Below the pieces are notes generated by a model. It worked only from the letters and a program-made list of their open reading frames with translations. It was not told where the DNA came from and did not search any database. Positions 29,267 through 40,612 of a stretch of 51,962 bases of DNA are shown one piece after another. The DNA is from an uncultured Alphaproteobacteria bacterium (GTDB taxonomy: Bacteria > Pseudomonadota > Alphaproteobacteria > RF32 > CAG-239), in the NCBI GenBank assembly GCA_947167235.1, contig CAMVHF010000002.1:1-51962 (forward strand), written 5' to 3'. The first letter of the stretch is position 1. Each line of letters begins with the position of its first letter. The translations under genes were made by a program, and so were the position numbers.

Positions 29267-30328
29267 ATGAGTACGATTATTATCACATATGCGATCTATT
29301 TGATATTCGGTTTTTTGGGAATGTATGTGCTTTTTACGCCCAAAGTTAATTTATACAAGAAGAACTTAAATTTAACCGTTTCAATGTTACCTTTCCCTTA
29401 TCTGTTTTTGTTTGTAGCCTTAGGTATGATTTCGGGATACTTTATCCGCGAAAACAATGATTTTATTGAAGCCCTGACGATGACCAGAGTTTTGGTTCCG
29501 CTCGCATTATCATGGGTAATTTATTTTACTTATGTTTTCTGTTCTCCGCTTTTTTACAGTTTGGTTGTTATGTTGTGTATCGGTATTACCGTATGGTTGC
29601 AACCTATCGGCATAGGCACACCTATACCGGCTCTGGAAGTATGGCAGGTTCGACTGATTGTTTTCATACTTGCTTCCATTTTCTGCCTTTCGGCCTGCGT
29701 TATTAATTCCGTACCGCATACTTTTATTATACCGAGTATTGTTATTTTAATCGGCTTAAGTGTTATGACGCTTATTGATGCGGCGCCTGTATACTTTGCT
29801 TTTTGCTCGGCTATTTTCATCGGTGCACTGGCGGCTTATCTGCATCCCAATTTTTATGAAGTACATATCGATTTTGATACACCGACATGCGCGGCCGTGG
29901 CTTATTTGATTTGCAATCTGTTATTGATGAACTTGGGTGAATTTTGTTTTTCATCTTGCTTTATTTTAACGTCGGTCTTTTGGGCAGAACTGTTGGTTGC
30001 ATTGTGGCGACGCTATGGTGTTGTTCATGCCGGACACTTATTCGAACACACAAATTACTATTGGTTGGCCTCAAACTATTCGGCTCAGACAACGACGATC
30101 AGCATAGCGAAAATCTGCATTATTCTGCTGTTTTTGGCTTGGTTCCAACTTTTTTCACCGAACGCTTATTCTCTACCGTTTATTTCAATGATTATCGCTT
30201 TGTGGTTAAACAACTCTATCGGTGATTCAAGCGGCAGTAAAACTTTAAGGGAGTTGAATAAAGAATTCGTCGAAAATATCAAACAAAACATTGAAGAAGC
30301 CAAGAACATTATTAATAAGAAAGATTGA
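29267..30328 (+). CDS. polytopic membrane protein, unknown function
   Basis: 353 aa with GGAGGA upstream, about 9-10 hydrophobic segments and a charged C-terminal tail. Confidence 0.6.
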   Translation: MSTIIITYAIYLIFGFLGMYVLFTPKVNLYKKNLNLTVSMLPFPYLFLFVALGMISGYFIRENNDFIEALTMTRVLVPLALSWVIYFTYVFCSPLFYSLVVMLCIGITVWLQPIGIGTPIPALEVWQVRLIVFILASIFCLSACVINSVPHTFIIPSIVILIGLSVMTLIDAAPVYFAFCSAIFIGALAAYLHPNFYEVHIDFDTPTCAAVAYLICNLLLMNLGEFCFSSCFILTSVFWAELLVALWRRYGVVHAGHLFEHTNYYWLASNYSAQTTTISIAKICIILLFLAWFQLFSPNAYSLPFISMIIALWLNNSIGDSSGSKTLRELNKEFVENIKQNIEEAKNIINKKD

Positions 30329-30334
30329 TTTTAA

Positions 30335-31672
30335 ATGCCGCTGAACAGTTGTTTTGAAAATATATGTAATTTGTTGAGCAACAGCAAAAAGGAAGAACCT
30401 CGACATTTATTTCGTATTACGGTTGTTGCTTTTGAGGACAAGTGTAACATAAATTGCGGTTTGCGATTTGCCGAACTGTTAAAACGCAATACGATGTTTG
30501 ACGTGCAATTTTTCAATGAGCCTTTCCCGAAAGGATTCCTGAACTTACAAGGCCGCAATTTCTTTGATTTTATCGATCGCGGCAATAAAATATTAAAAAA
30601 CATGCATTCGGATATCCTTATTTGGGGCTATGAAGAAAACGGTAAAATCCGCCTTAATTTTCAAATCAACGAGCAATATGTAATTCCTAATACGCTGACG
30701 TTTTCATTGTTGGACAGCCTGTTTGTTCCGCTCAGCTTTTTTGCTAATATCGAAAACTTTTCAAAATCGTTACTTTTACTGATTTACGGTATCATCATCG
30801 CCGCCGTTAATCCGATTACCAATGACCAGATTAAATATCAGCCGATTTTGTTAAAAGATATTATTTCATTATTATCCGAAGATACTTCGCCTAAGGATAT
30901 GTCGCGTGAATTTATGCCTTACATAATGAATATGCTCGGCAAAATTTACTTATGCGATGCTAAAGATAATCTGAACGACAGAAATATTGAAATTATCGAA
31001 AACTTATTTGAAACAGCCTTAAAAGATATCCAGTTTATGCGTTTTCCGATTTATTACGGTTGCGTTTTCAACAATCTGGGGCAACTTTTTGAAACCGTGT
31101 CGCAAACCGGTCAACCGGACAGTTTTTCATTTTTGAAACGGGCAATCAAGCATTATCAGGAAGCTCAAAAATATCTTAATAAAAATTATCCGTATGACTA
31201 CGGTCTGATATCATATCGTCTGGCTCGTCTCTACTTCGAATATTGGAAACATACCAACGACTTGCAGGCCTTGCGCGATGCCGTTTCTCAGCTGCGTGAA
31301 GCCGAAAAAGTATATTCGGCAGAACAATTTCCTCAATCTTGGTGTCATGTCGAAGGGTTACTCGGATATTATTTGGCCTCACTCGGTATGACAACCAAAA
31401 GTAATGAGGTGATGCAATTGGCCGTTAACAGTTATAAGCAACAGCAACAGATGTGGCAACAATATACTTATCCGGTTGAGTGGGCTAAAATTCAGGAAGA
31501 AATCGGTAACATCTATTATACACTCGGCAAACAAAACGATGATGATAACTTTATGTTTGAAGCACGCAACTATTTCAATTCGGCTCTGAATGTATACGAA
31601 GAATTAAAGCTTAAGAACGAAATTAAGAAAACCGAGCAGCGCTTGGCAAAAATCAAAAATTATGTAGATTAA
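30335..31672 (+). CDS. hypothetical protein with a C-terminal TPR-like repeat region
   Basis: 445 aa. The C-terminal half shows repeated helical A-x-x-Y/L patterns (AIKHYQEAQKYL, LRDAVSQLREAEKVY, ARNYFNSALNVYEEL). Confidence 0.55.
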   Translation: MPLNSCFENICNLLSNSKKEEPRHLFRITVVAFEDKCNINCGLRFAELLKRNTMFDVQFFNEPFPKGFLNLQGRNFFDFIDRGNKILKNMHSDILIWGYEENGKIRLNFQINEQYVIPNTLTFSLLDSLFVPLSFFANIENFSKSLLLLIYGIIIAAVNPITNDQIKYQPILLKDIISLLSEDTSPKDMSREFMPYIMNMLGKIYLCDAKDNLNDRNIEIIENLFETALKDIQFMRFPIYYGCVFNNLGQLFETVSQTGQPDSFSFLKRAIKHYQEAQKYLNKNYPYDYGLISYRLARLYFEYWKHTNDLQALRDAVSQLREAEKVYSAEQFPQSWCHVEGLLGYYLASLGMTTKSNEVMQLAVNSYKQQQQMWQQYTYPVEWAKIQEEIGNIYYTLGKQNDDDNFMFEARNYFNSALNVYEELKLKNEIKKTEQRLAKIKNYVD

Positions 31673-31723
31673 TATTGAAAATAAGACATTCCTTTATATT
31701 TTAATCATATGAGGAGAAGAATC

Positions 31724-32326
31724 ATGTTGCATTGTATTGAACAGGACAGTTTAGAACGCCGACGCTCCGTTTACGGACTTGGCAACACCATCGCCGTTTC
31801 CGATTCATGTTTTTTAGATACCGTCACATCGTGTTTAAAACATTGTCCGACCGCTTTTAATGTACAAAGCGCGCGACTTGCCGTTTTGTTCGGTAAAGAA
31901 CACCACTGCTTTTGGGATTTGGTTTGGCAAAACATGAAAGCCGTTATTCCTGCCGATAAAGTTCCGGCTTCACAAACGCGCATTGACGGATTTAAGCGCG
32001 CCTATGCAACGATTTTATTTTTTGAAGATACCAAAGCACTCGCTGACTTAAAAAAGCAATTTCCCTTGTACAAAAAGAATATGCCGACCTGGATGCAACA
32101 GGGTAACGGTATTTTGCAATATATGATATGGCAGACGCTTGCCGAGAATGAAATCGGCGCATCGTTGCAGCATTATAATGAGCTGATTGAAAAAGATATG
32201 CCTAAAATCTTCGGTATTCCGAAGCACTGGAAAATGGTTGCACAAATGCCGTGCGGCAGCATCGAAAAAGAACCGGCACCGAAAACCTTTTTACCGATTG
32301 AAGACAGACTACTGGTTTTGAAATAG
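31724..32326 (+). CDS. nitroreductase family protein
   Basis: It carries RRSVYGL, TAFNVQSARLAVLFG and the conserved C-terminal core. GAGGAG precedes the ATG at 31724, while the track starts at 31709. Confidence 0.7.
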   Translation: MLHCIEQDSLERRRSVYGLGNTIAVSDSCFLDTVTSCLKHCPTAFNVQSARLAVLFGKEHHCFWDLVWQNMKAVIPADKVPASQTRIDGFKRAYATILFFEDTKALADLKKQFPLYKKNMPTWMQQGNGILQYMIWQTLAENEIGASLQHYNELIEKDMPKIFGIPKHWKMVAQMPCGSIEKEPAPKTFLPIEDRLLVLK

Positions 32327-32327
32327 A

Positions 32328-32906
32328 TTATTTATGATTTAGCTTCATACCGAGTTGATTAGAAAATTCGGCAACACCTTTTTTAATGAGAATCCCGATT
32401 AAATCACTGACAATGTCAATGTCATTTTCGATATTTTCTTTATCTTGCTTTGAAAAACGTGATAAAACGTGATTAACAATATTATCTTCGCCGCGATTTG
32501 CCGGATGTCCGACACCGATACGAATGCGGTTGTAATTCGGTGTGATGCACGAATCGATACTTTTTATACCATTATGACCGCCCGAACCACCGCCGATTTT
32601 GGCTTTGATTTTATCGGTCGGTAAGTCCATATCGTCATGAATAACCACAATATTTTGCGGCAGAATTTTATAAAAATTAGCCGCTTGCACCACACTGTTA
32701 CCGGATAAATTCATGTAAGTTTGCGGTTTCAAAAGATACACTTTTTCGCCTTCGATCTGGCCTTCGGCAATTAAACCGCTGAATTTGCTTTTAAACGGCG
32801 AAAAATTATAGCGGCGATGAAGCTCATCTGCCGCCATAAATCCGACGTTATGGCGGGTAGCTTCATATTCCGCACCGGGATTACCCAAGCCGACCACCAA
32901 AAACAT
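32328..32906 (-). CDS. pth: peptidyl-tRNA hydrolase
   Basis: 192 aa with MFLVVGLGNPGAEYEATRHNVGF and HDDMDL motifs. Confidence 0.95.
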   Translation of the reverse strand: MFLVVGLGNPGAEYEATRHNVGFMAADELHRRYNFSPFKSKFSGLIAEGQIEGEKVYLLKPQTYMNLSGNSVVQAANFYKILPQNIVVIHDDMDLPTDKIKAKIGGGSGGHNGIKSIDSCITPNYNRIRIGVGHPANRGEDNIVNHVLSRFSKQDKENIENDIDIVSDLIGILIKKGVAEFSNQLGMKLNHK

Positions 32907-32915
32907 TTTTAACCT

Positions 32916-33206
32916 CTATTTACGCAAGAAATCAACGTGAATAGGTTGATCTGATACCGGATGAAATTGAACATCTTGGCATACAACTTTAGATTTTTTG
33001 CCTTCAATATCAACGGTAATTTCAGAAGAATAGAAATCTCTTAAGTTAAGAGCTTTTTCCAATTCAACCGGATCCAAACTGATTAATACGGCATCTTTTT
33101 TACCACCGTAAATAACTGCAGGAACGCGACCCTCACGACGACAAGCACGAGCTGCCCCCTTACCTGCTTTTTCACGCTTTTTAGCATTAAAAGTATATTC
33201 TGTCAT
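32916..33206 (-). CDS. rplY: 50S ribosomal protein L25, short (N-terminal-domain-only) form
   Basis: 96 aa (REGRVPAVIYGG...VQFHPVSDQPIHVDF). It lies directly upstream of pth. Confidence 0.85.
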   Translation of the reverse strand: MTEYTFNAKKREKAGKGAARACRREGRVPAVIYGGKKDAVLISLDPVELEKALNLRDFYSSEITVDIEGKKSKVVCQDVQFHPVSDQPIHVDFLRK

Positions 33207-33351
33207 TTTATTATCCTTAAAATATTAAATTAACACGCTTTTGGCCTCCAGGGGTGCCGAAAGCAAGTGTGTTGTACAACAAAAATATTGATATTGCAAG
33301 AGTTTTTTAAGATTTTATGTGATAATAACAAAGCATATATGGAGAAAAAAC

Positions 33352-34065
33352 ATGATGTATATGATTTGCGGTTTTATTTTCGGATGTTTAATTCCGTATT
33401 TTGCACGCCGAATCGGTAAATTAATGCCGGCAACCATGGGATATATTTTGTTAAAAATATTTATTCCCTCTCATTATATGCCATGGCGTAAATTAAAAGA
33501 AAATCAACAGTACATCAATCTGTTTAATCGCTATTTAATGCGCAGCCTCGGTTGGGGTATCTTCACGGCTGCGGCAACATATTTATTCTCTATTGTTTTT
33601 GACCAAAATTTCACCAACTGGTATGTTGCTTTTTTATGGATTTTACTGCTGTTGGTCGAAGTTGATAAGAGATTTTTACTGTTACCGGATATTTTGACGC
33701 TGCCGCTTTTGGTATTGGGTTTCGGCTATGCCGCACAGTTTGGACCTTGGTTAGCAACTTCGGATGCAGAATTTATCAGCTTCACCCAAAACAGCTTTTT
33801 AGGCGCAGCTTTTGGCTACGGCATGCCGGTTTTGGCCAGTATGTTTATCGTATGGAAACATCCCGAAGCTTTCGGCGGCGGTGACATTAAATTACTGTGC
33901 GGTATCGGTGCATGGGTAGGTTTCGAATTAATCTCCTACATTTTACTGTTATCATGCTTTATTTTCGGCATTACCTGTCTGATTAACCGTCGACGCATCG
34001 GCCCTTACGGTCCGGCCATTGTTTATGCCACTTTAGCCGTTGTTTTATTTTTCTTCGGAATATAG
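33352..34065 (+). CDS. prepilin peptidase (A24 family), no N-terminal methyltransferase/zinc region evident
   Basis: It is a polytopic protein with catalytic Asp motifs (VEVDKRFLLLPD and GGGDIKLLCGIGAWVG). The likely start is the ATG at 33352, while the track starts at 33319. Confidence 0.8.
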   Translation: MMYMICGFIFGCLIPYFARRIGKLMPATMGYILLKIFIPSHYMPWRKLKENQQYINLFNRYLMRSLGWGIFTAAATYLFSIVFDQNFTNWYVAFLWILLLLVEVDKRFLLLPDILTLPLLVLGFGYAAQFGPWLATSDAEFISFTQNSFLGAAFGYGMPVLASMFIVWKHPEAFGGGDIKLLCGIGAWVGFELISYILLLSCFIFGITCLINRRRIGPYGPAIVYATLAVVLFFFGI

Positions 34066-34157
34066 CAAAAAAATTTATGTACCCTTATTGACTTTAGTCT
34101 GTCCGAACACTAACTAAAGTATTAGTCAAATAAAAATTTTATTTAGGAGTACATAAA

Positions 34158-36103
<1,946 letters not shown>

Positions 36104-36124
36104 AGTCCGTTTCTTTCAACTAAA

Positions 36125-36154
36125 AAAGCTCTCTGCAAAACAGAGGGCTTTTTT
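36125..36154 (+). terminator. rho-independent terminator after groEL
   Basis: An 11-bp stem AAAGCTCTCTG/CAGAGGGCTTT (one G-U pair) is followed by a T-run. Confidence 0.75.
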
Positions 36155-36383
36155 AATTGATTTTTAAATTGTTTTCATTTAATAGTGGTAAAACATTTAT
36201 GAGGCAACTTTATGAAACACTTAACATACATATTGTCATTGAGCAAAATCATCCGCTTCGGGCGACATTTATTTATTATCATTGACCGGCATAATATCTA
36301 TTTTATTTACAAAAAATTTTGCCGCTCCGAAATCGTGATAAATCAACTCAAAATCTAGATGACCGGATTGCTGTCACGCTTAT

Positions 36384-36416
36384 CAAAAAAAGCCGACAAT
36401 ATTTGTCGGCTTTTTA
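36384..36416. terminator. bidirectional rho-independent terminator
   Basis: A perfect 9-bp stem AGCCGACAA/TTGTCGGCT with a 3-nt loop has an A7 run upstream and a T5 run downstream. It sits just past the stop of the minus-strand gene ending at 36434. Confidence 0.75.
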
Positions 36417-36433
36417 ATCTGATATATAAAATC

Positions 36434-37147
36434 TTAAGCTTCTTCCGGCGCATTATTTTTTATACTGCTGCAAACTCCGACATTAACGGCAATTAATGCA
36501 ACAAATGTCACGATAACACCTAAACCGAAGCCGGCAAACATATTTAACAAACCAAGTGCTACATAAGCTATGCTGTTTATAAACAATGTTTGAGAGAACG
36601 GTTGCTTGAACCATATTGCCACAATCCAGTGCGAGAATATTGTATACAATAAAATCGCGGCACATGAGAACAGAAGCATAAAGGCAAATACCGCTCCGAA
36701 AACATATTTACCGAGATTTTTCTCAATATAATCGGCTAATGATTTTACAACATCGCTGTCAATAACCATATTCGAGAACTTCATGCTTTCAAAACTGCGG
36801 ATTTCTGTTTTTTGCGGTGTGACGGCATAAACATATTTTTTGCTGATATATAAGCCTGACTTTGTCAAATCCGAAGCCTCAAACTCATCAACTTTGGTAT
36901 TCAATATAACATTGAATTCATTCATACCGCTGCCATAGGTCTCGGTAATTATCGTATTAACCGGCTCTGTGATAACATTATCCTCGATGGTAATCGGTAA
37001 AAACTTTTCCGCTTCCTGAGCGGCAATCGGTGTATATTCTTTGATAAACGGAATTGCTACCTGAGATGTATATACGCCTACAACAAATGCGTACAACAAA
37101 ACGACAATAAATCCCATCCATTTATTTTTTGCTAAAAATTCTTTCAT
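36434..37147 (-). CDS. membrane protein of unknown function (one N-terminal TM, soluble middle, C-terminal TM bundle)
   Basis: AGGAG lies 7 nt upstream of the ATG at 37147 (MKEFLAKNKWMGFIVVLLYAF...). The track ORF starts at 37183. Confidence 0.6.
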   Translation of the reverse strand: MKEFLAKNKWMGFIVVLLYAFVVGVYTSQVAIPFIKEYTPIAAQEAEKFLPITIEDNVITEPVNTIITETYGSGMNEFNVILNTKVDEFEASDLTKSGLYISKKYVYAVTPQKTEIRSFESMKFSNMVIDSDVVKSLADYIEKNLGKYVFGAVFAFMLLFSCAAILLYTIFSHWIVAIWFKQPFSQTLFINSIAYVALGLLNMFAGFGLGVIVTFVALIAVNVGVCSSIKNNAPEEA

Positions 37148-37223
37148 TTTATTTCTCCTGTATTTTTTACCCTTGTAAACCAAAACTCTTGACTTGTCAA
37201 TATGCGGTCCGTATCAGCATTTG

Positions 37224-37967
37224 CTAATAATCAAACAAATCAGGTTCATTCATTTTTTCGTGTTCGACAACCTCCATTGCCGCCCTTATAATTGCATAAT
37301 TTACCGCACTTTTGCGTATCAGCGAAATATAGTCGACTGCCTCGACTAAGGCTTGTATATAGGCAAACGAGCGCTGCGCATTATTCATTATATAATTTAA
37401 TATTTCTTCGCTGATCAACAATTGGCGATCATTGAATAATTTTACAATCAATGTTTGCAGCATCACATCATCAGGTTCTTTAATTTCAATGCTCGGCAGC
37501 ATATTTAAGCGTGACTGTAAATCTTTTAGGGCAAAACGCATCCGCGTCGGCGCATTTTCTGATGTCAGCAACATATAACGACCGGCCGTATTATAAATAT
37601 TAAATAAGTGAAATAACGCTTCATTATCTATTTTCGGTTCAATATCTTCAACCACAATACTCGCATTTTCCTGAGCCAAACGCTTTACCCGCGTGACCGT
37701 AAGTTGTGCGGCTTTTACGATACCGACTTTAATCGGTTTTGCACTGTTTTGCATAACTTTATCGGCAAAGATATGTGCCAGATGCGTTTTACCGCACCCC
37801 TTAGAGCCGTAAATAACGAGCCCCGATGTCAGCCAGTCCGGCCATGCATCGATCATCCGAAAAGCTTCTGCATTGCAGTCGGACACCATAAAATCTTCGC
37901 GGCTCATACAATTTTGCGGCGGCAAAAACAACGGTATTTGCTCGGATATTTGTTTATTTTCTTTCAT
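37224..37967 (-). CDS. hdaA: DnaA regulatory inactivator HdaA (DnaA-like AAA+ protein)
   Basis: 247 aa with Walker A YGSKGCGKTHLAHIF, a DnaA-domain-III-like layout and no DNA-binding domain IV. Confidence 0.75.
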   Translation of the reverse strand: MKENKQISEQIPLFLPPQNCMSREDFMVSDCNAEAFRMIDAWPDWLTSGLVIYGSKGCGKTHLAHIFADKVMQNSAKPIKVGIVKAAQLTVTRVKRLAQENASIVVEDIEPKIDNEALFHLFNIYNTAGRYMLLTSENAPTRMRFALKDLQSRLNMLPSIEIKEPDDVMLQTLIVKLFNDRQLLISEEILNYIMNNAQRSFAYIQALVEAVDYISLIRKSAVNYAIIRAAMEVVEHEKMNEPDLFDY

Positions 37968-40599
37968 CTTGAGCCAAAACTTCTTTCACTTTTTTATTTA
38001 AACCATCCAAACTGTACGGCTTACTCAAAAAATAGAAATCTTGCGAACCGGCCAGTTCTTTGCGGGCGATTTCTTCCGAATACCCCGATGCTAAGATTAT
38101 TATGGTATCCGGTTGTTTTTGGTGCATTATACTTGCCAATTCGGCCCCGCTCATCCCCGGCATCATCATATCGGTAATCATCATATCAAATTTTTCGCCG
38201 TTTTCAATATGCTCAAGCGCATTTTCAGCCGATATACAGTCAACAACATCATAGCCTTTTTGCTTTAAGCCGCGGGCACCGACAATACGAACGGCATTTT
38301 CATCTTCAACAAAAAGAATTTTAATTTCTCCCGGATTACGCGCCACCGCCCGTTGACTGTCAAATTCGGTACTATTCAAACCTAAAATGACTTTGCCGTC
38401 ATTAATATTACCCGCATTCAGAGGTAAGGTTGTCATGGCCACATTTCCGGCTTTGTCACGAATAATCTCTTCATCTTCCTCGGCTGTTTCCTGATATTGC
38501 TCCGGACTTTCATAAGAAGGCAGATAAATTTCAAAAGTCGTCCCCTTATTGACTTCACTCTGAACCTTAATAAAACCGTTGGTCTGATGAACAATACCGT
38601 AAACCATGGCCAATCCCAAACCGGTACCGGAGCCCAAGACGTTCTTTTTGGTTGAAAAGAACGGTTCGAAAATACGATTAATATTTTCAGGCGGAATTCC
38701 GCAGCCGGTATCCGTCACACTGACAACAACGAAATCCCCCGGTTGAATGACATTGGCCCCGAATTGATACGGAGTATTCAAACGTTCGCTATGTGTCGTA
38801 ATCGATAAGTTGCCTTTTCCGCCCATAGCGTCTTTGGCATTAATTGCCAAGTTAAGCAGAACTTGTGAAAATTGGACGGGATCAACACGAATATAGCCGG
38901 TATTTGTACCGTAATTTTTCTTAAATTTAATTTGTTCACCCAACAATCTGGCAATTAGGTGTTCATTTTCCGAGCAAGCCTCATTGACATCTATAATTTT
39001 CGGATTAAGCGGCTGTTTGCGTGAAATAGCCAATAGCTGGCGTGCCACACCGACCGCACTGTTAACATTGTATTTAAGTTGCAATAAATCCGAAAATGAC
39101 GGATCACCGATACCGTGACGTTGCAATAACAAATCACAATATCCGATAACGGCTGTCAGCAAATTGTTAAAGTCATGCGCAACACCGCCGGCAAGCTGTC
39201 CGAATGCTTGCATCTTTTGTGCTTGTGCGACCTGCATTTCGAGGCTGCGTTTGCTGGTTGTATCTTCAATATACATAACCATACCGATAACATCGCCGGT
39301 CGCACTTGAATACCGTTGTTTCATCGGAATAACCGATACCTGAATATTCTTTTCTTCCTCGGTAGATTTCAAATGAGTTTCAAAACTTTCTTCTTTTTCG
39401 ATACCGTTATCGTAATTTTGCAAAATTTCCTTGATTTTACTTTTCGAATCGTCACTGAAATATTGGCTGAGTTTTTTCTCTTTAATTTCATCCGATGTTT
39501 TTTCGAAAATATTACAAATATGTTGATTGGCTTCTATTATTCTTTGATGTTTATCGACAAACATTATGCCGATCGGTGCGGTTTCAAACAGCCAATCGAG
39601 CTGATCCGAAAACTGCTTTAAGCGATCTTGCAAATCGGCATTATTCGGCAAATTGCACAAAACCACGCCGCGGGTCTTGAGCTCGTTATTCTCACGCACA
39701 TTTTGTTGAATAACAAAAAATTCCTTGTTTCCTTTGGCGGTCTTCAGCAAAATATTACCGCGATACGAACCGGTCGAGCTATGTAATAATTCCGGCTTAT
39801 AGGCTACAAAGTCATCAATTGTTTTACCGATGGCGTTATTTTTATCGGTATTCAGTTCATCCGCCAAAGTATTATTGATATAATCAATCTTACCTTCATT
39901 ATTGCATGTATACAGACCGACAGGCAGATAATCCAAAAAGTTATGCAACGAGGTCATCTCGTTTTTAAATACCTGATCCATATTTTTATAGGCGGTAATG
40001 TTTTCAATCGTCCAAAAAATATAAATATCTTGATTGATTTTGCTTAATGAAAACTTATCTTCAAAAATTTCCGTCTTTGTCAGAGAAATCGGTTTAACCG
40101 TTACTTTCAGCCACTCTTCGGCAACAAAGACACTGTTCTTTTTGGGGTTAATCGATAATGTCACGGTCGTTTGCTGTAACTTATTGACTGCCGAACTTAA
40201 CTTTTGTAAATCCAATTTATTGGCGGTCGAATCGATAATATTACGTTCCAGAAACGTTAAAATCGGCGTATCCTGAAAATACTCTCTGGCCGGTCGATTA
40301 AGTAAAATCGCCTCTCCTTTGGCATTATCCACTCGATAATATTTAGTCTTATCTTCCAAGATTTCGGCCGATAATGTACCGAACCCGATGGCGCTTTCGC
40401 TAACCTTCAAAATCCGAATGGTTACCAAAATGCACATAATGTTCCATACAACCGTTGAAACCACTATATATACAAAATATTCGGGATAAACAAACAGAGC
40501 AAACAGGCTCAGAGACATAAACATAATCGCGTATGCCAAAAACACCAGATTTCTTTCCAGTTGGCGGTCAGGACGTTTATTATTTATATCTCCGAGCAT
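37954..40599 (-). CDS. hybrid sensor histidine kinase/response regulator with PAS domains (CckA-like architecture)
   Basis: It has two N-terminal TM segments, PAS regions, the HisKA H-box GGVAHDFNNLLTAVIGYCDLL, an HATPase domain (GTGLGLAMVYG) and a C-terminal receiver (ILFVEDE...MITDMMMPGMSG). Confidence 0.85.
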   Translation of the reverse strand: MLGDINNKRPDRQLERNLVFLAYAIMFMSLSLFALFVYPEYFVYIVVSTVVWNIMCILVTIRILKVSESAIGFGTLSAEILEDKTKYYRVDNAKGEAILLNRPAREYFQDTPILTFLERNIIDSTANKLDLQKLSSAVNKLQQTTVTLSINPKKNSVFVAEEWLKVTVKPISLTKTEIFEDKFSLSKINQDIYIFWTIENITAYKNMDQVFKNEMTSLHNFLDYLPVGLYTCNNEGKIDYINNTLADELNTDKNNAIGKTIDDFVAYKPELLHSSTGSYRGNILLKTAKGNKEFFVIQQNVRENNELKTRGVVLCNLPNNADLQDRLKQFSDQLDWLFETAPIGIMFVDKHQRIIEANQHICNIFEKTSDEIKEKKLSQYFSDDSKSKIKEILQNYDNGIEKEESFETHLKSTEEEKNIQVSVIPMKQRYSSATGDVIGMVMYIEDTTSKRSLEMQVAQAQKMQAFGQLAGGVAHDFNNLLTAVIGYCDLLLQRHGIGDPSFSDLLQLKYNVNSAVGVARQLLAISRKQPLNPKIIDVNEACSENEHLIARLLGEQIKFKKNYGTNTGYIRVDPVQFSQVLLNLAINAKDAMGGKGNLSITTHSERLNTPYQFGANVIQPGDFVVVSVTDTGCGIPPENINRIFEPFFSTKKNVLGSGTGLGLAMVYGIVHQTNGFIKVQSEVNKGTTFEIYLPSYESPEQYQETAEEDEEIIRDKAGNVAMTTLPLNAGNINDGKVILGLNSTEFDSQRAVARNPGEIKILFVEDENAVRIVGARGLKQKGYDVVDCISAENALEHIENGEKFDMMITDMMMPGMSGAELASIMHQKQPDTIIILASGYSEEIARKELAGSQDFYFLSKPYSLDGLNKKVKEVLAQDERK

Positions 40600-40612
40600 T
40601 AAAATAAACCTC

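Noticed and set aside
34066-34157. I looked for a CIRCE (HrcA operator) element upstream of groES.
   Set aside because: The best candidate (TTAGTCTGT...GAACACTAA) matches only about 4/9 and 6/9 positions of TTAGCACTC-N9-GAGTGCTAA, with wrong spacing. I record it only as a generic inverted repeat in the heat-shock promoter finding.
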